From: Sphaerodactylus townsendi
Taxonomy: Eukaryota
Assembly: GCF_021028975.2 (NCBI RefSeq)
Contig: NC_059429.1
Location: forward strand, 76,756,001-76,820,000
Length of the DNA: 64,000 bases
Direction of reading: 5' to 3'
In this document: piece by piece, positions 62,136 through 64,000 of the stretch
How positions within the stretch are numbered: position 1 is the first letter of the stretch
How the letters are laid out: each line of letters opens with the position of its first letter
Program-made: the position numbers and the translations under genes
Notes under the pieces: model-generated
Told to the model about the DNA's origin: nothing
Databases searched by the model: none
What the model saw: the letters and a program-made list of their open reading frames with translations, nothing else

Positions 62136-62666
62136 TAAGAGTGTCTATTAAGAACATTTTAGAGAGATCAGGCACATTTATTTTGGGTATCTAATCCCAC
62201 AACTGGCATATAGTTCAGATGGCATTCTCACCAGTTCCATCCATGTACATGTCACATTATATGTACATGGGAACAACAGTGCAGACTGAGTGGCTTTATA
62301 CACATATCCCTAGCTGCAATGTTAGCATGGAGTTCTCCTGCGCCACATCATACTTTCTTTTCCAGGGCATTTTTATACACGATTGATTTAGCAACAAACA
62401 AGTGAACCATGTGTAGGAGATGCTGTCAAACAGATGCACTTCTCATCCCGCTCCATCACATGCAGCCCCTCAAAAAGCAGTGTCGTCTATTATCTAGCAA
62501 GGTAAAAGTGGCTTGAAAAATAATACATTCAAGGGCAACACCAAGAAATGTAAGTCCTGTGAGGTATATGCCAATATTATATATAGTGCAATCCTGAACA
62601 GAGTTACATCTCCTAAGCCCACTGACTTCAAAGGTGTTAGAAGGATATTCCACTTAGGATAGCACT

Positions 62667-62948
62667 GGGCCTTTCCCCACTCTCTTCGATCCCCCCTATG
62701 CCGCGTGCTGCTCTCAGCGTGCAGCATCCCAGGCGCACACCCGGGTGTCCCCACGACCCCGCGCTCTGCGCGGGGTCATCAAAAGGTGCCATTAAGAAGA
62801 GCGCCTGGGATGCCTCGCGCTGAGGGGGCATGACAGCGGCAGCGTTGGGGCGGCTGCGCTGTTGCCGCCCCTGTCGTGGGGAGTGCCGGGGGACCCCGCG
62901 CTACTCTCCTCAAGTAGTGCGGGGCTTAAGGTAAGTGGGGAAAGGCCC
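62667..62948. mobile_element. GC-rich PIF/Harbinger-like MITE
   Basis: Perfect TIR GGGCCTTTCCCCACT / AGTGGGGAAAGGCCC; flanking 3-bp repeat ACT. Confidence 0.75.
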
Positions 62949-64000
62949 ACTGTTAGAATCTCTGCTGATTGTTGATTTTCTAGAAATGCTCATCAGTGAG
63001 TGAATTGATGGTTTAAAATAAGGAAAATATATTTGTCATGAAATATGGCAGAGAGCTGGGGAGATGCTCTGGGGCCATGACTGCTTGAGTACCCTGCATG
63101 CAGGTGTGAAAATAAATTAGATTTGGTACAGGTACTATCTCTCTTGGAATGCTCAAAGCATAAAATGAGAAGGAGCACTTCAGCCACTTTTTTACTTCTA
63201 CTTCTCATTGGCCTATACTTGCTTACTTTCATTCCTGCTTCCATGCCTTACGTTGTTCATAAGGGAAGCGAAGACGATGTTCAGGTGTCCTGTTTTTGAG
63301 AGTCTGGATTTGTCTCCAATAGTTCCACCATTTGCTTATCTATATGGGTCCATTTTTTTGCAGACCCTACAACTGAGGATTCTGAAAGAGTTTTTCGGAA
63401 GCTAAATAGTACTAACAAGTATGAAAACAACAGTATTACTGTTGCCAGTATTCTGAATCAGTAATTCGTCTGCTCTTCTGACTTTGCTGTTTACCCTAAT
63501 GGTTTATTGTTTGTGCAAAATGTTTCCATCAAAGTTCTCACTTTTGTGCTTGTAGTTCAATAAGATCTGAGGCGAGAGTGAGGTAGCTCCATAAACGTAG
63601 CTGCCATGGAGACATCCGGGAACAAGCGCCCCTGGCAGCCCCTGTGGAGCCACGTGGGGGGCACTTTTGGGAAGGAGGAGGGGTGTCACTGGGCCTGGGC
63701 ACAATGTGTATGTGCCGCCCGGGCCAAGCCACGCCTAGGATGGCCTGATGTGCCATAGGCGTACTCTCTATCTCTCTGGAGAGCACAACCATGGCCCACC
63801 AGGCCAGCCAACATTGCACCACGCCCTTCCTCCTTCCACCCTTGCACCACCAGGGACTTGGCCAAGGTCCGGGGGCTGGCTGTGCAGGGGTGTCATCCCG
63901 CCCCCAAAAGTCCGCAGCCAATCCCAGGAACTGGCCAGGGGCTTTCCCCCAGTCCAGGGGCTGGCTGGGCTGCGGCCCCACCACCAAAAGCTCCCCAGTC

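Overview
Eukaryotic (vertebrate) genomic DNA, most likely a squamate reptile and probably a gecko, judging from the repeats: tRNA-derived SINEs with (CTT)n tails, young CR1 and L2 LINEs, and hAT and PIF/Harbinger MITEs. The first 34 kb is a compact five-gene cluster with strictly alternating orientation: CFAP57 (5' part, -), EBNA1BP2 (+), CFAP144/FAM183A (-), PIF1 (+), SNAPC2 (-). I reconstructed every coding exon by hand from GT/AG boundaries, with continuous reading frames. CFAP57/EBNA1BP2 and CFAP144/PIF1 share short bidirectional promoters, each pairing an RFX X-box (ciliary gene side) with housekeeping or cell-cycle motifs. A third promoter upstream of SNAPC2 carries two X-boxes and CRE sites but has no visible ciliary partner. 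The two convergent gene pairs have abutting or overlapping 3' ends. The remaining 30 kb has no recognisable protein-coding gene and consists of transposon remnants, a promoter-like motif cluster and putative enhancer-like sequence. There is one assembly gap (18861-19197). Gene identities come from my recall of vertebrate protein sequences; no database search was run.
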